In this document: piece after piece, positions 61,492-64,000 of the stretch
Numbering within the stretch: position 1 is the stretch's first letter
How the letters are laid out: every line of letters begins with the position of its first letter
DNA from: Sulfolobaceae archaeon
GTDB lineage: Archaea > Thermoproteota > Thermoprotei_A > Sulfolobales > Sulfolobaceae
Direction of reading: 5' to 3'
Length of the DNA: 64,000 nucleotides
Assembly: GCA_038893355.1 (NCBI GenBank)
Contig: JAWARQ010000003.1
Span: forward strand, 32,001-96,000
Notes under the pieces: model-generated
Database searches by the model: none
Seen by the model: only the letters and a program-made list of their open reading frames with translations
Told to the model about the DNA's origin: nothing
Made by a program: the position numbers and the translations under genes

Positions 61492-63471
61492 GTGAGGATA
61501 GTAATACTGAAGGATAATAGGGTGTATTTATATGAGAATAATAAGCTTAGTTACATTAATGAAAAGATAAAGTTTAAGTATCCCGTAGTGGGCTATATTG
61601 AAGAAGGTAGTAAAAAATCAGATTTAGTAGATATTAGAAATCTTAAAAAAATAATTAAAGTAAAATTAGTCGAAATAATTAAAGAACTAAATGTTTCTAT
61701 ACTTAAAGATTCTTTAGATAATTATTATCTAGTTAATTTTAATTTATCTAATATAAAAAAAGAAGAAAATTTAATATATTTTAAGGGAGAATTAGTAAAG
61801 GAAACTCAAGAATTTTATTATAATTTAGCCGAAAAGTTAGGAGGAAAGACCCTGGATGAAATTGATGATGAGGAGATCTTGAGAAATCTTGTTATAGTAT
61901 TAAGTAGAAAGGAGATGTGTAAAGAAGCTATTTATGCTTATAGTAAACTAAGTAAAAAGTTTCCAGAAGAATCATTAGTTGTTGCAGAATGCATGATAAA
62001 ATTAGGTAATGAACTTGAAGCGTTAAAAATATATTCCTTCTTTAATCCATCTAAATATAAAGAGTTAGAAATAAGATTAAAAGAAAAAGTAAATTATTTA
62101 ATTGAGCAATTCGAATTAACTAAAAATTTAAAGTATTTACATGATGCTTTACACATACTACCAACCTATGATGCAGCTGCATTAAGACTTGGTATCTATT
62201 ACTTAGAGAAGAAAGATTATAAAAACGCATTAAAATATCTTGAGGAAGCAAATAGGAGGAATAGTGATTATAAAAACTTACTCGCATTAGCGAGGGCATA
62301 CCTCCATATAGGAGAAGGTAACAAAGCACTCGAGATCATAGAGATTGCTGAGAGAATAAGAAGAACTCCAATTTCAGCGTACTTAAAGGCATTAGCTTAT
62401 GAAATACTTAATTCGCCTAAACATGCTGAAAGAGATTTCTTATATGCATGTATTAATGGTGTAATTGAAGCTTGTGCTAAAATTAGTCCTAATCTGTTAA
62501 GCAATAGCGAGTTTAATCCAGAGCTATTAATAGGTCATACAATCTATGGATATAAAATTGAAAAACTTCTTGGGACAGGTGGAATGGGTTATGTCTATCT
62601 GGTTGAAAAAGATAATAGAAAATATGCAATGAAAATTATGAAAAAAGATTTCAACATTTACGAAATGTTAAGAGAAATAAGTAAGGTGCAAGAAATCTCA
62701 AAGGGTTCAGATTATATCGTTAGAATATTTGCGACATTTATTGACGAAAACTGGAATGGAGACTATTATTCCACTCCGCCTTCCATAATAATGGAATTTA
62801 TGAGTGGTGGTAGTCTCCAAAATCTTTTAATAGATTCTGAATATTCATCATTAAGATATTCTGAAAAATGGAAGAAAATAGTTGCACTCGTTTTCTACAT
62901 GATTACTGAAGGATTAATCCACATTCATAAAAACGGATACGTACATTGCGATATCAAACCTCCTAATATTCTCTTTAACAATCAATTACCTAAGTTATCA
63001 GAGGACGCAGTAAGAGCTCTTACCGCAAGGAGTGTAGTAGCTAAAATTTCTGATTTGGGGTCAGCAGTAAAACTTGGCTCTCCAGTAATTCATTATACTC
63101 CTTATTATGCACACCCCTTACAAAGGTTTGGATCTTATGCAGAGTACCAAATGGACGTTTATTCATTTTCAGTATCTTTATATGTTTCTCTAGCGAGGAA
63201 TTATCCTTATCCAGAATGGTTAGAAAACGAGATCGAGAAAGCGGTTACTAATCCTCAACTTAGGCAAGATGCATTAAAAGATTTTTACTCGTTTGAACCA
63301 AGGCTAGATTACATCCCAGTTGAATTTAGAGAGATAATTCGTAAGGGATTAAAATCTGAAGTAACTATGGAGGAAATTAAGTATAAGTTGAGGGAAATTA
63401 TTGCGAATGAATATTCATTATTAGTACCTTCCCCATTGGCACAGCAAAATTTAAACGAAATAGGATTATAA
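61492..63471 (+). CDS. TPR-containing eukaryote-like Ser/Thr kinase
   Basis: TPR-like repeats, then GTGGMG, YAMK, HCDIKPPN, DLG and DVYS. Confidence 0.92.
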   Translation: MRIVILKDNRVYLYENNKLSYINEKIKFKYPVVGYIEEGSKKSDLVDIRNLKKIIKVKLVEIIKELNVSILKDSLDNYYLVNFNLSNIKKEENLIYFKGELVKETQEFYYNLAEKLGGKTLDEIDDEEILRNLVIVLSRKEMCKEAIYAYSKLSKKFPEESLVVAECMIKLGNELEALKIYSFFNPSKYKELEIRLKEKVNYLIEQFELTKNLKYLHDALHILPTYDAAALRLGIYYLEKKDYKNALKYLEEANRRNSDYKNLLALARAYLHIGEGNKALEIIEIAERIRRTPISAYLKALAYEILNSPKHAERDFLYACINGVIEACAKISPNLLSNSEFNPELLIGHTIYGYKIEKLLGTGGMGYVYLVEKDNRKYAMKIMKKDFNIYEMLREISKVQEISKGSDYIVRIFATFIDENWNGDYYSTPPSIIMEFMSGGSLQNLLIDSEYSSLRYSEKWKKIVALVFYMITEGLIHIHKNGYVHCDIKPPNILFNNQLPKLSEDAVRALTARSVVAKISDLGSAVKLGSPVIHYTPYYAHPLQRFGSYAEYQMDVYSFSVSLYVSLARNYPYPEWLENEIEKAVTNPQLRQDALKDFYSFEPRLDYIPVEFREIIRKGLKSEVTMEEIKYKLREIIANEYSLLVPSPLAQQNLNEIGL

Positions 63472-63501
63472 TTTTTATAACTAAAATTCATTTATCAAGG
63501 T

Positions 63502-64000
63502 ATGGCATTTAGGGATTTAAGAGATTATATAATCTACATGAAGGAAAAAGGAAAGATAATAGAAATAGAAGAGGAAGTCAGTGTAGATTTGGAGATAGCT
63601 GAAATAACCAGAAAAGCATGCTATAATAAATTACCTCCACTATTATTTAAAAATATAAAAGAGTATAAGAATTGGAAAATAATTTCTAATATTTTTTATT
63701 CTTTAGATGGAATTTATGAAATTTTTAATACAAATAACTTAGAGAGTATTACAAGTAACTTCTTAGATATATTATCCGATATACCCATAACATTTTTAGA
63801 TAAGATAAGATCCTTTAAAGATGCTTTAAAACTAGGAAAGTTCTTTCCAACTTCAAAAAAACCTCGATTTGTAGAAAGAGAGGATATTAAAATTCTTGAT
63901 TTACCAGCAATAAAAACTTGGCCTAAAGATGCAGGAAGATATTTTACATTCTCGATTACAATTACTAAAGACCCAGATACCGAAGTTCATAATTTAAGTG
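63502..64000 (+). CDS. UbiD-family decarboxylase, 5' part (runs off window)
   Basis: MAFRDLRDYI...EEVSVDLEIAEI...LLFKN...LPAIKTWPKDAGRYFT...TKDP. Confidence 0.9.
   Translation, partial: MAFRDLRDYIIYMKEKGKIIEIEEEVSVDLEIAEITRKACYNKLPPLLFKNIKEYKNWKIISNIFYSLDGIYEIFNTNNLESITSNFLDILSDIPITFLDKIRSFKDALKLGKFFPTSKKPRFVEREDIKILDLPAIKTWPKDAGRYFTFSITITKDPDTEVHNLS

Noticed and set aside
20790-63491. Other short overlapping ORFs (20790, 23485, 23638, 23914, 30966, 32862, 35241, 35862, 40130, 41728, 42519, 45182, 48892, 55736, 58412, 59172, 60848, 62120, 63309; also 1166)
   Set aside because: Each lies antisense to or out of frame within a well-supported gene and shows no motif.
1-64000. CRISPR array, cas genes or rRNA
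   Set aside because: No regularly spaced 24-37 bp repeats, cas motifs or long GC-rich rRNA-like tract found by eye.

Overview
AT-rich chromosomal window from a Sulfolobales archaeon (Thermoproteota). Diagnostic features are the SoxM supercomplex genes, an intron-split cbf5, catalytic-only ThrRS, agl24/aglB and the pcna2-priS-gins15-rpl44e-rps27e-eIF2a-nop10 cluster. Most content is housekeeping: respiration (soxM, soxE, soxFGHI), phosphate uptake (pstSCAB-phoU), glycogen, NAD synthesis, N-glycosylation, replication/translation, one tRNA-Ser(TGA), two eukaryote-like Ser/Thr kinases and a dual-specificity phosphatase. Notable items: (1) a GC-rich structured island at about 39292-39460 that resembles an IS200/IS605 TnpB omegaRNA scaffold with no tnpB gene and a possible promoter of its own; (2) two paralogous DUF1404 plus Cys-Cys membrane protein pairs bracketing the SoxM cluster, a candidate copper-loading system; (3) a 22-nt bulge-helix-bulge intron splitting the catalytic Asp codon of cbf5; (4) two genes whose conserved N-termini need an ATT start or recoding; (5) a DUF2173/Roadblock-like gene pair, one copy membrane-anchored; (6) treX overlapping phoU. 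All family calls come from motif recognition and recall, not database searches.
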